DNA from: Callorhinchus milii
Taxonomy: Eukaryota
Reading direction: 5' to 3'
DNA length: 64,000 bases
Assembly (NCBI RefSeq): GCF_018977255.1
Contig: NW_024704743.1
Span: 15,502,001 to 15,566,000 of the forward strand
Below the pieces are notes generated by a model. The model searched no databases and was not told where the DNA came from. It saw only the letters and a program-made list of their open reading frames with translations. A program made the position numbers and the translations under genes. Shown here piece by piece: positions 37,908 to 49,461 of the stretch. Every line of letters begins with the position of its first letter. The first letter of the stretch is position 1.

Positions 37908-38235
37908 GTGGAGTCCTGTAGCTCAGTGGTTAGAGCACTCGCTTTGCAAGTGAGAGACCTGAGTTCAATTCCAGGCAGAGGGCGAAACCTTGGGCAAGTT
38001 TCCTTACTCCACACGCCTAATAATAATCCCTCCAAAACTAAAAACAATAATTAAATTGGTCATTTTCAATCTACGACTGTTTGTGGGACATTGCTGTGCG
38101 CAATTGGCTGCCGCGTTCGCCCACAAATATACAGTCAATTCACTTTACAGTGTGTTCTGTGAAGCGCTTTGGGACGTCCTCCCGACGTGAAAAGCGCTAT
38201 ATCAAATGCAAGGATTATTATTATTATTATTATTA
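37908..38235 (+). mobile_element. tRNA-headed SINE, short subfamily (left arm of inverted pair)
   Basis: Full length, long (ATT)n tail. Confidence 0.95.
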
Positions 38236-38610
38236 ATAAGGTGGCTGTCATAGAGTTCCTTCTTGTACACATACATTCTCTTGGCTCTGTTCTACTCACG
38301 TGGGATTGAAATTTGTTTGCTTTGCAAAACTTTCTTCTTCAAGCATTTATGATTTTTTTTAGCACAGAGGCTTGCGGCTAACTTCGATTACATTGTGACC
38401 CATTTTCTACAGTGTTATTAATCCATTTGAACTGATCTGTTTCCAGGTCCATCACTGCATTTGAATGAAGATCAGACACTCACATAAGGTGGCATAATGA
38501 CCACAATTACAATATACTAAGGGAACTTTGTATATTATAATGGTTGTGCTTCACTAGTAATGGACTTCAAAAATATGTATATTCATAAATCTGATCACAG
38601 GGTTGCATAG

Positions 38611-38936
38611 ATAATAATAATAATAATAATCCTTGCATTTGATATAGCGCTTTTCACGTCGGGAGGACGTCCCAAAGCGCTTCACAGAACACACTGTAAA
38701 GTGAATTGACTGTATATTTGTGGGCGAACGCGGCAGCCAATTGCGCACAGCAATGTCCCACAAACAGTCGTAGATTGAAAATGACCAATTTAATTATTGT
38801 TTTTAGTTTTGGAGGGATTATTATTAGGCGTGTGGAGTAAGGAAACTTGCCCAAGGTTTCACCCTCTGCCTGGAATTGAACTCAGGTCTCTCACTTGCAA
38901 AGCGAGTGCTCTAACCACTGAGCTACAGGTCTCCAC
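38611..38936 (-). mobile_element. tRNA-headed SINE, short subfamily (right arm of inverted pair)
   Basis: Reverse complement of 37908-38235 with only two substitutions seen by eye outside the tail. Confidence 0.95.
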
Positions 38937-39306
38937 TAATAAAACCAGTCTGAGTGAACTTTGTTTTATATTTGGAGGAATGACATTTCATAACATTCTG
39001 AATACTAATGTGATTTTGTTTCAATCTAAACTTGATCCAAGTACAGTGAAATTTAAACAAAATTGTCCCTCATTCATCCCCTTTCACTTGCAAACTGGCT
39101 TTGTGTACATTACACTCACAAGCAAAATCAACAAATGTTGTGACATTTTCTGCTGTTGCTTTACGAGCTGCAGATCAGCATTGTTTAATGGTATCAGAAA
39201 AGAAATCTGGCAACTTTCTCCCTTTTTTTGAAGTTTGGAAAGATGATCTGCACTTCAAGCTGTTGCACTTACTGTTACTGAAGTGTTTGTGCTTGTTTTA
39301 TTTCAG

Positions 39307-39552
39307 AGGATGAGAGTCGTGGTCCAACCTATCACAGAGAGAGAAGAAACGCAATTGCAATGCAACCACACGCTGGTGGGCAAAGCTTAAGTAAAATCAG
39401 TGAGGAGCCATCAACATCCACTGAAGATCGAGCTTCTCTAATAAAGAAGGAGGCCCATGGATCTATATCACACATACCTGAGCACTCTATCCCTTACCGT
39501 GGGGCACTTTTTGCTATGGATCCGAGAAATGGCTACATGGACCCACATTATC
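39307..39552 (+). CDS. gli3: Internal coding exon of the Hedgehog-pathway zinc-finger transcription factor GLI3 (orthologous to human exon 3, N-terminal region); partial gene
   Basis: Acceptor ttgttttatttcag|AG and donor C|gtaagt; 246 nt, phase 1 at both ends. Translation (E)[81 protein letters not shown] aligns almost residue for residue with human GLI3 as I recall it ([81 protein letters not shown]), with one extra residue. Confidence 0.96.
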
Positions 39553-40299
39553 GTAAGTAATGCAATATTAAAGTGTCAATGCATCAAAGTTAATGTTCAA
39601 CAGAAGATGTAGAAAGAAACCAGTTTCTGATCAACAAGCCCAGGACTGATGCTGATTACCAGCTCAGTCTATTTAGGGATCAATAGAGATGGTACTGTTG
39701 ATTTGTTGCCTACTTGTTGGGAAGCTTCCATTGGTTAAGATGCTTCAAATGCATCTTTGAAGGAAGCAACCCTTTCAGCCGGCCAACGTATACTGTGCGA
39801 TTGTACATCATTAGAACCTGCACATTTTCCAGTTATTTCTGCCTTTTTAATATACAGTTCTTGCTCCAACATCCTAGGGATTTTTGGAAAGATAATCAAA
39901 AGAGGTGACTGCAGTCCTCCAGCAATTATACTTTGTTGATTTATTCATCTCCTTTCACTGTTAAAAATTTCATTGCATGATTTAGAATGAATTTTTAAAG
40001 CAAACATAGCTAAGCGAATATCTTTTGAGAAACTATGCCTATCTATTAAGTGAATAGATACTCAGTATCTAACTGTTTCTTAGACTTTATTCATTTAACT
40101 AGATACTTAAATGAAAATTCTGTCAATAAATACATTTNGCTCAAATGGGTGGCTTTGAGGAAGCGGGATAATTAAACGAAAATTCTCTCATTAAATACAT
40201 CAAAAGACTATTGAAACTTTTGCAGAATCAGGAGTATACGCAATAGATTTTCCCTATGACTGCTGCAGTAAGAAAAAGAATCACAGATAGCTGTGACTA

Positions 40300-40760
40300 A
40301 TAAAAAAACACAGATGCTGTCATTTCAACATTAGTTGCAAGCAAATGTCCCTGATAATTTCATGCAGTTTTATGGCAAGTTGACTATTCATTTAACAGAG
40401 ATTCTCCATCATTTCTCCTCTGTGAAAGCAGAGTGGTCTGTTGAGATCGAAATGATAGTTGGTGAAAACTGGATCTTGGTTGTTTGTGATTGACGTGCTT
40501 GGTTTCATCGTCTGGTGTAGAACACAATAATGAATGTTTTTTATTTGCACCCGAAGACATAGTCCATGTGGCGCACTGCACAATTTACACAGTCCCGAGT
40601 TTTGACATTGACTTATAAAGTCGGAAACCAAAGCTGTTGACAAAGCAGCAATTAAAGCCATTAATTAGTGGGCAGGTCCAATTAAATCAGGCTGCATTGC
40701 AATTTCAGATTTACTTCAGTGAACTGGGGCTAACTGGAGGAACACATACAATTCCAACAT
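40300..40760. promoter_or_regulatory. Candidate GLI3 intronic enhancer just downstream of the exon
   Basis: TGATTGAC (40487), TAATTA (40662) and CAATTAAA twice (40649, 40679); repeat-free. Conservation not tested. Confidence 0.4.
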
Positions 40761-40901
40761 GATGGTTAGTTACCTGCTCTACCTCTCTCCTTTTAATGAA
40801 GGTGATTGACCTACAGGTGCAAGATTCTGAAATGGTAATTTTAACCAAATTGGTATGAACCTGGAACGAATGGGAGGCTCTGTCTATAGGTGATGGCTTA
40901 A

Positions 40902-41930
40902 GTACAGTCCTGTAGTTTCATGGTTAGAGCACTTGCCATGCAAGCGAGAGGACCTGGGTTCGATTCCCGAGCAGGGCAAAACATTCCTTACTCCACACAC
41001 CACTGTTCAATTAGAATGAGTAAGAACCCGGTTGTTATTGCCCAGCTCCACCACTGTCTCTCACCTCAAACTGCCGAAACCCTCATCCACGCACTCATCA
41101 TATCCAGGCTCCACTATGCAAACTACCTGCTTGTCGGCCTCCCCAACTCCTCCCTCCACAGGTGGCAGATCATCCAGAACTCTGCAGCCCGTGTCCTCTC
41201 CTGCAGCAGGCTCTGCGACCCTATCACCCCCATTCTTGTCCAACTCTACTGGCTTCCCATCACACGGAGGATACAGTTCAAGATCCTGGTCCTCACTTTC
41301 AAAGACCTCCACGGCCTTGCTCCTCCCGACCTCTGTGACCTTCCAACCCCTACCAATGTGTCCGCTCTCATCGCTCAGCGGGTGCCGGCCTGCTTTACTC
41401 CCCCGCATTGCCCGCTCCACCAATGGCAGGCGGACCTTCAGCTTCTCTGCCCCCACCCTCTGGAACTCCATCCCACAGTCTCTCTGCATCGACTACACCC
41501 TTGCCTCATGCAAGGCCTGTCTCGAGATCCTCCTCTTTGACCGTGTCTTCGATCACCCTCCTACCCCTACCCTCCTCACCCTCCACCCCTCCTGATCCCA
41601 TCCACCAGCTCGGGTGTGGATCCCTGACTGTCCAGGGCTTTGGGACGTCCTCCTGACGTGAAAGGCGCTATACAAATGGAATTTGTTGTCGTTTGTTGTT
41701 GTTAGTCAATTGACGGATTGCTTTTGTGGGCTAATAAATCTAAATAATGATAATTTGGTTACTCAGTCCACGATTGTTTGTGGGATATTGCTGTACGCAA
41801 TTAGGTTCCATGTTTCGCCCACAAAATGTACAGCTAATTCACTTCACAGTATATTCTGTGAGGCGCTTTGAGAAGTCTTGAAGACTTTATAAGGGCTAAA
41901 ATATCAAATGCAAGAATTATTATTGTTATT
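40902..41930 (+). mobile_element. Long-subfamily SINE (40902-41037 and about 41700-41930) split by an L2 insertion
   Basis: Head gtcctgtagtttcatggttagagc...gggttcgattccc; the body resumes at gttgttagtcaattg after the L2 tail. Confidence 0.82.
41038..41700 (+). mobile_element. L2 3' fragment
   Basis: AETLIHALIISRLHYANYLLVGLP...QNSAAR...YWLPI..RIQFK; tail gtgaaaggcgctatacaaatgga(ttg)n. Confidence 0.92.
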
Positions 41931-42899
41931 ACAGTACGTCCTCTGCAACTACAACAGCTGATCCATCTCTGACACTGAAGGACCTGAATTTAGTTTTGCT
42001 CATAGTTTATTCTAATCACCTGGGGATGATTTCACCTTCATTGACCAGGGAATTGTATCACCTGCATTGTAGGGGTGACCGATGTATTGCCCGAGCAGGC
42101 TCATCCATTTCCACTTTGTTTCAGTTAACAGTTGGAGAGACAGCAACAATTTGATGCTGGTTTTGCCTTCCCCAAGGTCTCTGCAGTGATTGACTGCACT
42201 TGTGTAGCGGTAAAGGTGCCCAGAGTCAGTCCAATAGTGTACATTAATTGTGAAGGCTCCCATTCAATCAATGTGCAGGTGGGCTGCAATGGATAGGCTT
42301 TGTCCTGTAAAGGATTCTGCAAAAGATCTGATATGTCACCTCACAGTCCCTGATTCACATTTGAATCTTTCTTCAGTTAGTTGTGTCTGGATGCGTCAAG
42401 GAAACACAATGACAGACTGCAATGCAGTTAGTACAGTGATGACTGAAATGGTGCCCCAATTGGGGTGTAGTCTCATTAGCTTTCCTTGTACAACACCTTG
42501 CATTATATATTTTGTGGTTGCATTTTTCCACGAAACACACAGCACTTTGGGACAACTTCCTGATGTGAATGGCGCTAAACTATTATTATCGTGTCCTTCA
42601 CACAGCATAGTGTCTTGGAACACTAAAAGCAAGTCTGAAGTTGAATGATTTAGCTTACGACACCTACCAATGTACTGTTGGTAGCAGTGAGATTGCTGAA
42701 TTTGAAGTTGAAATTGGGAGAGGGGAAATCAGCATTATCACCATATTTTACATTGAGCAGCAATACAGCCAGCCCATTATACACAGAATATAAATTGTGA
42801 TGTTTATAAGAAAGGAAGCTGTAGGTGCAATAAATAAGAAGTCGAAGCTGGTTCCTGTAAGTTTATTCACAGGTGAAGCAATGTCATTTTTCTTGGCTG

Positions 42900-43420
42900 G
42901 TCTTGTTCTGAAGTCACACGATACTCTCGTAATGATGGTACATGTAGGTATCGTAAGTTAAATCATTTAACCTCGGATGTCAGAGCTAAATGTGAGGCAG
43001 ACATGCTTTCAAGTCTCCAGACTGCATTTGCAATCAACACATTGAGGCCCATGGAGGGGGCCGGTCTGGTGCTTTCTACATTAGCCAGAAAGTTTAGTAT
43101 CTGGAGGTGAAAGGTCATCGGACAGATGACTGATTAGCCAAGACAGCTGATTAGTGGAGGGTTTAACATTACTGGTGCCAGGGATGAAAGCAGATTTGAT
43201 TGACTCATTAGCTTGGCAGCAGAGGGGAATGTACACTTTATAGGACTTGGATCAAAGAGACTCGAAATCTCTAGTCTGGTTGTTGGTTTTGTAGGTTCAG
43301 GTACTGAGGGGATTGAAAAAAGTCGGATTTTCTTTTCCTTGCTTAACATATCAGTACTGGCATTCACTTCCAGTTGCTGCGGATCCCATCGATTCAGGTG
43401 TCCCAAATAGGTTTTTACAA
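42900..43420 (-). mobile_element. Possible decayed DIRS-like fragment (region downstream of RNase H)
   Basis: Minus-strand ORF 43134-43406 (RWDPQQLEVNAS...K..RLFS...TFP...LAPVMLNPPLISCL), followed by AVWRLES, resembles the DIRS pattern WG.P.IDLFAS..N.K...F.S...YAFPP...IAP.WP..PW...L...AWRL. Confidence 0.4.
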
Positions 43421-45388
43421 TCCAGATACCTGAAGCACAGGCACGACAGATCCATTTTAATGTTTTAAAAGTTATTATTTGCAGTTGTTTTAAAAAAACA
43501 TGATGAGTGCTGCTAATGGGGGGGGGGGGGAGGGGCGAGTATGCTTTTCATTAAAAGTCATATGTTCTCCCATTTCTACTCTCAAACTGAGGTGTAGTTC
43601 CGGAGATGGTGATATCTCTGGGTTATGTTCCTCAAGTGTGAGCCTTAGGCTTTGAATAGATTGCAATCGTGAGCAAGATCCCTGGTTGAACTTAGCACAA
43701 GACTGTTCCCCCTCCCGACTGCGGTCTTCTCTCTCGTTATATTCCCTTGAACAGAGTATGAGTGGGTTTCATGCAAGGAAGATGATTTGTCCATTTTCTC
43801 AAAACAGTCCTTTGGGTCTGCAAGAGTTAAATGCCGGGAACCATTAGAATGCATTTTGTGCAGTCTTGAGCCTGCGCTTTATGACATCTGTGGTAAAATA
43901 GTCCATTTTTATGGCTTTCTGATATCCATCAATGAAGACTGTTGCCTGCTGGCATTAATTAGCAAGAATTAGTGCACGCTCTCTTCTCACATGTGACCGG
44001 TATTAACCCAGCCATGTGCAGCTGAGGTTATAATGTATAGTGTTCAATCTTATTCAAACAGGGGAGCATATTTGTGGATTAGCTATAGCAAAATAAGTCT
44101 TGAGTAGCCAATATCTCACATGAGGGTTTGGTTTCACGCCTTCCTCCCTGCGTGAGAGCATGAAAAATGAACAGAGGAAGGAGAAAGTTTGCACTGACAA
44201 ATGCAGTGGTGACTCCTGACCTCTGTGCGTACCTCTTAAATCTTTCGCAGGTGTGTGTTATGCCATTGAGAACACTGCCCTCTTTTCAAGGAACGCTTTT
44301 GGTGCTGTTTCTGGGGTGATCCGTTTTCATCCTGAGTCGGTGTTTAATGCAGCTAATATGGCAACACCTGCAGCCATTACCACCTGGTTGTCAGCCCCTG
44401 ATGTAGTGTCGTTCAGAAGTCTGTTGCTGCTCCATTAGTTTAGACCTTTTGTCAGCACAAAAATGGACACCTCAGTCTCCAGATCTGCTGAGAGCTCCCT
44501 TGATTACGATTGTGTATGTGTATGTAGTGCAGTGAATGTATAGGCAACTCAACCCTCCAGAAAGAGCAGGTTTTTCTAAAAGTTGATCTGCTGACCAGTT
44601 ATCCACTGGACATTGCAGAGGAGAGTAAAGGGTCAGATTGAATGGAGTATCAGCAGGCTGCTCTCTTTTTCTAACTTGGGAGCTGCATTGCCTTTTCATA
44701 CTTTAAAAATTTCGAAGTATTTAATGGTCCTCTCACAAGTAGATCATACGAATGTGGTTAGTCCTCAATTTATGCCACATGCAATTTGGTTTTCCCTCCA
44801 AAAATGGTACATATTTATTTCTGTTGTTTTTTTAAGACTAGTTTTATTTGTTGGGATCCAGTTGAATGTGGGCTGTGTTGTTAACGTTCATGAAGTCGGG
44901 CTGTGTGAATGTAGCAAAGATAATGTTCGATTGTGTAGCTGAGTGATCGGTACCTGGCAGTGCAGCTGGAAGCTTTGGTGAGGTGATTAAGTAGCTTAGC
45001 AGCCAGAGGGATGTGGGCTGATCAAGTGGACGGGCGGACGGACAGGCAGACAGGGAGAAGAGCACTTGAGTGGGAATCTTAAGTGAAATGGGCTGAATGA
45101 CCAGTGACCCACTGGAGATGCTGGTGAGGAGAGTGACGGGTCAGATAATTTGGGCTATCTGCAGGCAGTTTTCTTACTCGGGAGCTGCATTGCAGATGGG
45201 CAGAAGTAAAGGCAGCGTGAGAGAGACTGGTTGGGTTTAAAAATTCCACTGCAGTGAAATTAATATTTTATTTTTTTAAAAGGAGTGGGAGCAGGCTCAG
45301 AACTGGTGCTGGTGACCAGAAAAGCAGTAGCAGTTGTGTTTCGACTATTAATAAAATTTTAGATTTAAAAACAAATACTGATTTGATA

Positions 45389-45500
45389 TAATAGTAATCC
45401 TTGCATTTGATATAGTGCCTTATCGTATCTTCAAGACGTCTCAAAGCGCTTCACAGAAGATACTGTAAAGTGAATTGACTGTATATTTTGTGGACAGAAC
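45389..45500 (-). mobile_element. SINE 3' fragment
   Basis: aatccttgcatttgatatagtgcc...aagcgcttcacagaagatactgtaaagtgaattgactg. Confidence 0.82.
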
Positions 45501-45966
45501 AGCGACATAAAAACAATAGCCTTGTCCATTCCTGTCTTTAGTTGGATGCTAATTAGGAAGTGAGTGAAATTGTGAAGGAAATTCAGCAGCCGTCTGAATA
45601 TCAGAAGGACTGCTAATCTACCTGGGGGACTGTGTGCTTTGACCTGGACTAGTGCTTCGAAATTGCTCTTATAGGAAAAAGTGTCTCGTGCTGGTCAGCA
45701 GAACAACATTGGAAATCAATCTAGTGGGTTGGAACTACCACTTCATTCACCGTTTTAACACTTGAATACATTATTTCAAATTCCTCCCCCAGCTTGGGTT
45801 CCCAGCCAACTCTGTCAGGCCCTTTAAGACATTCTCCCAACGTGAAAGGCACTGTATAAATGTAAATTATTGTTGTTGTAAATGTGCAGTTAACAATAAT
45901 AATCCTTGCATTTGATATAGCATCTTATCATGTAGTTGAGACGTTTGAAAGCGCTTCACAGGATAC

Positions 45967-46701
45967 CTCCCCGGGCTCTCCCTCAGACTCATCAAATCCG
46001 TGCGCAACTTAGGTGTCAGGTCCGATCCACAGTTTTCCTTTCTACCCCACATCCGTTCTCTGACCAGGACTGCTTTCTTCCACCTCCGTCACATTACCCA
46101 CCTCTGTCCATACCTCACAACAAGCGCAGCCAAAACCCTCGCCCATGCCTTCGTCACTTCCTGGCTGGACTATTCCAATGCCCTCCTCGCTGGCCTCCCC
46201 AGCTCCACCATACATGAAATACAACTAATTCAGAACTCCACCACCAGGATTTCCACTCAAACAAAACTCCGTACCCCCGTCACACCAGTCCTTGTCAGGC
46301 TCCCTTGGCTCCCAATTACTGAATGAATCGATTTGAAATCCTCTCACTCGTCTTCAAATCCCTTCATTCCCTCGCACCTCCCTTACCCGCCCCACTCCTC
46401 TACCCACTGCCTTCGTTCGGCCGGCTGCGGCCTCCTGTTTGTCCCTCGTCCCCTCCGCTCCACTGTAGGTGGCCGTGCCTTTAGCCACTATGCCCCGAAA
46501 CTCTGGAACTCTCCCTCAATCCCACCACCTCATCCTCTCCCCACTTTTAAGACCCTCCTAAAGATCTTCCTTTTTGATCGTGCTTACGGTCACCTTCCTA
46601 CTCCCTCTCCCCCTAGCTCGGGATCAGACTCCGCCACTGCCAAGCGCTCCGGGACGCTACCCCACGTGAAGGGCACTATATGAATGCAAGTTGCTATTAT
46701 T
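45967..46701 (+). mobile_element. L2 3' fragment inserted antisense into a SINE tail (host pieces about 45893-45966 and 46702-46730, - strand)
   Basis: VRNLGVRSDPQFSF.PHI...AFFHLR.I...LDYSNALLAGLP; candidate TSD gatac (45962-45966 and 46702-46706). Confidence 0.9.
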
Positions 46702-47976
46702 GATACATTATAAAGTGAATTGATTGCGTATCGTTCAGATTCTTGATCTCGTATAGCTGAAAATTCAATTTTCTTTTCAACTTTATTATGTTTAAACTTC
46801 GGGAGCAAATGGTAGTTTATTAACAATACAAGATTTATTGTTAATAAGATTGTGCCACCTTATGGTGAGAGCTACCTTTATTCTGTATGGATGCATCAGG
46901 TTTATACCAATGGGCCTTATTCTTATTGCAGAATTTAAGCTGTTTAATAAAGCTCTCCTGATTCAATGCTTGCAGTTTTATTCCTTTTGGGGAAAAAAAC
47001 CTAGTGGATAGACTGACGTCTTGCTACGATGTGGAGCTTGAATTGCCTCATTTACACGGGACATAGCCAGTGGGGTTCCTCCAGTGCTGCTCGAGGTGCT
47101 GTGGTCTGGAATGCACATGCAGTGCACATTTTCCGCTCCACATCCCAGTCGGGCACTTGTAGTCTTGTGCCTTTTTCCCCTTCAAACAGAAATGAAAAAT
47201 CCAATTTTATTTTCACGCAGGAGCAGCTGCAGAGACTGGTTAACCAGTTAGAAACTTCCATTTCGGTGTACCACAATATTGGTTGTAGTTTTCCTCTCAC
47301 AATTTTTTTTTCTTCTTGCAGTCCTTAATGGCCAAGTGCTGCAAGAGTGACCTCCACTCCCCCCCCACCCACCCCCAGCTCTTGATTTATTCCTTCCTTT
47401 GTACAGAGATCCTTGAAATTTACTGACAAGCCCTGTGATGAGTAGAACATGGAGTCTTTAATTGTTTTTAATGTGAATGTTCCTCTATGGGTTCGCTGAT
47501 GTTAAACTTCCTTCACGGAGGAACAGGATGGAATGTCAATTTCCCCTCTTGGTGGGGTGCCCATTGAACAGCTCTCCAGAGAACTATATTGGTTTGAGGG
47601 TTGTTTTCCACTGAAGCCTAAAACTGCCACTACCGTCCCATTAGCCTTTTCCAGCCTGTTAATGGGAGCACATATTAGAACAGTAATATATTACAATGTC
47701 ACTCAAGCTCTGAGCAGTGTAAACCATTCAGGAATTTTTTTTAGAACTGCAAATGGTTCCAAATGTTAAACAATAAAAGTTTTTTTTGCTAGATGTGAAT
47801 GTTTATACTGTGTGCCAATGTGCAGGTAGACACTTTTTAAGGGAGTAGAGAAGGAATTTTAAATCCATACTATACAGTTTTATTTAGTGTTTTATTTAGG
47901 AATACAAATTTCTCCAAGTTTCACTGATGCTCTTTCTTTAACTCCATGTGATGCATAATAGTTATTACTGAACACT

Positions 47977-48335
47977 TGAAGCCCTATAGCTCAGTGGTTA
48001 GAGCACTAGCTTCGCAAGCAGGAGACCTGGGTTTTATTCCCGGGCAGGATAAAATGCTGGGCAAGTTTCCTTACTCCACATGCCTCTGTTTACCTAGCAG
48101 TAAGTCGAAACCCGGTTGTTAGTCAATTGGCCTAACGATTCCTTAAAATAATTCCTTAAAAAAAATTGGTCACTCGATCCACGACTGTTTGTGGGACACT
48201 GCTGTGCGCAATTGGCTGCCACATTTCGCCCACAAAATATATAGTTAATTCACTTTACAGTATATCCTGTGAAGCTCTTTGAGACGTCTTGACGACATGA
48301 TAAGGCGCCACAACAAATACAAGAATTATTATTAT
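47977..48335 (+). mobile_element. tRNA-headed SINE, long subfamily
   Basis: Head, extra internal segment and tail are all recognisable. Confidence 0.88.
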
Positions 48336-49274
48336 AGTAAGACACTTGGGTTAGTGTCTGAGTAGGGCTAGTGTTTGGGTTAGCCAGTTGAATCAAAAGA
48401 TTTGCTAAGCTCTAATTAAACTGGTGGAATTGGCTTGATTGGCTGAATGGCCTGTTCCTGTTATCCTATGCGTCTACCGTTTTTGACACAGGGCAGGAAA
48501 TATTTTTGCCTGTAAAAATCAAATTAAGCAATTACTTTGAGGTGCTATGACAAAGCAGTTCTTTCCTCTTCTACAATGCCTTTTATAAGGCATGTAGAAA
48601 TAAAATTTAGTAAAACTAAGATTGTTCCAGTTTTGGAAAGAATTGTCTGAATTTTACATTAACATCCCCTTCAGGCATATGGATCCACAAGTTTCTTTTT
48701 CTAAATGCGCTATAAAATGTTGGAAAAAGCATTCACCAGGATCATAGCACGCATGATCCAATCACGATCCAGGCAGTATTGTAAAGTTGTTTGTATTTGA
48801 ATTTCGCTTTCTGCAGAAGTTAATTCGTTAATTCGTGTGTTTGTCTCCGCTCGTCTCGGAGACTATGAAAAGAACCCAATTTCTAACCATAGTAGTGGCA
48901 TTTATTATCAATTCCCATAAATGTTACACAGTGCTCAGAATGAATGGTATAAATTGCTTTCAGGGACAAATTATGATTCCTAGATTTGTGGCTGTTAAAA
49001 AGATTTGCAAGGATCAGAAGCAGTTAAAACCTCTTGCAGGACTGAAAGAAGAAGTGACTGAAGGTGCAGCTTGGCGGCTTGCTATACCTTTTGTGCAATC
49101 GTCCTGGGAGACTGATCACTGTTTCTCCCTCTCTCTCACATACACACACGCACAGAACAACACACAAAAAAAATGCAATTCTCCTCAGGTCTTCAGGGAA
49201 ACCTTAACAAGATATGACCAAAAAATACACACATGCACACCCCCTGCCCCCACCCCCAGTAGTGCCTTCAAAAA

Positions 49275-49461
49275 ATAAATTATAATAATAATTTGGTCAT
49301 TCAATCCACAACTGTTTGAGGGACACTGCTGTGTGGAATTGGCTGCTGCGTTTCGCCCACAAAATATACGGTCACTACACTTTACAGTATATTCTGTGAA
49401 GCGCTTTGAGATGTTTCAAAGATGTGATAAAGCGCTATATTAAATGCAAGGATTATTATTA
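49275..49461 (+). mobile_element. 5'-truncated SINE (3' half)
   Basis: ttggtcattcaatccac...aaatgcaaggattattattat. Confidence 0.82.

Larger units (their letters stand above)
1..39306 (+). other. gli3: GLI3 intron upstream of the exon (human intron 2 equivalent), partial
   Basis: I found no sequence encoding the preceding exon (MEAQSHSS...); the human intron is also very large. Confidence 0.75.

Noticed and set aside
37912..37985. tRNA-Ala(TGC)-like cloverleaf (also at 5537, 11357-11669, 36258 and 38611-38936)
   Set aside because: It is the SINE head: the T-stem is mispaired and it is always followed by the same SINE body and tail.
37990..38190. Recurring ORFs such as MGKFPYST..., MWDIAVRNWLPRSP... 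and ...ARIIIII
   Set aside because: These are translations of non-coding SINE sequence, mostly from TTG/GTG starts.
39360..39560. 66-aa ORF as a stand-alone gene
   Set aside because: It is part of the GLI3 exon reading through the splice donor into the intron.
44220..44260. Acceptor-like tctttcgcag (and gtcttttcag at about 63385) as extra GLI3 exons
   Set aside because: No GLI-like peptide follows; cannot be supported without RNA data.
48835..49278. 147-aa ORF
   Set aside because: GTG start, no recognisable homology, and it runs through CT/CA simple repeats.
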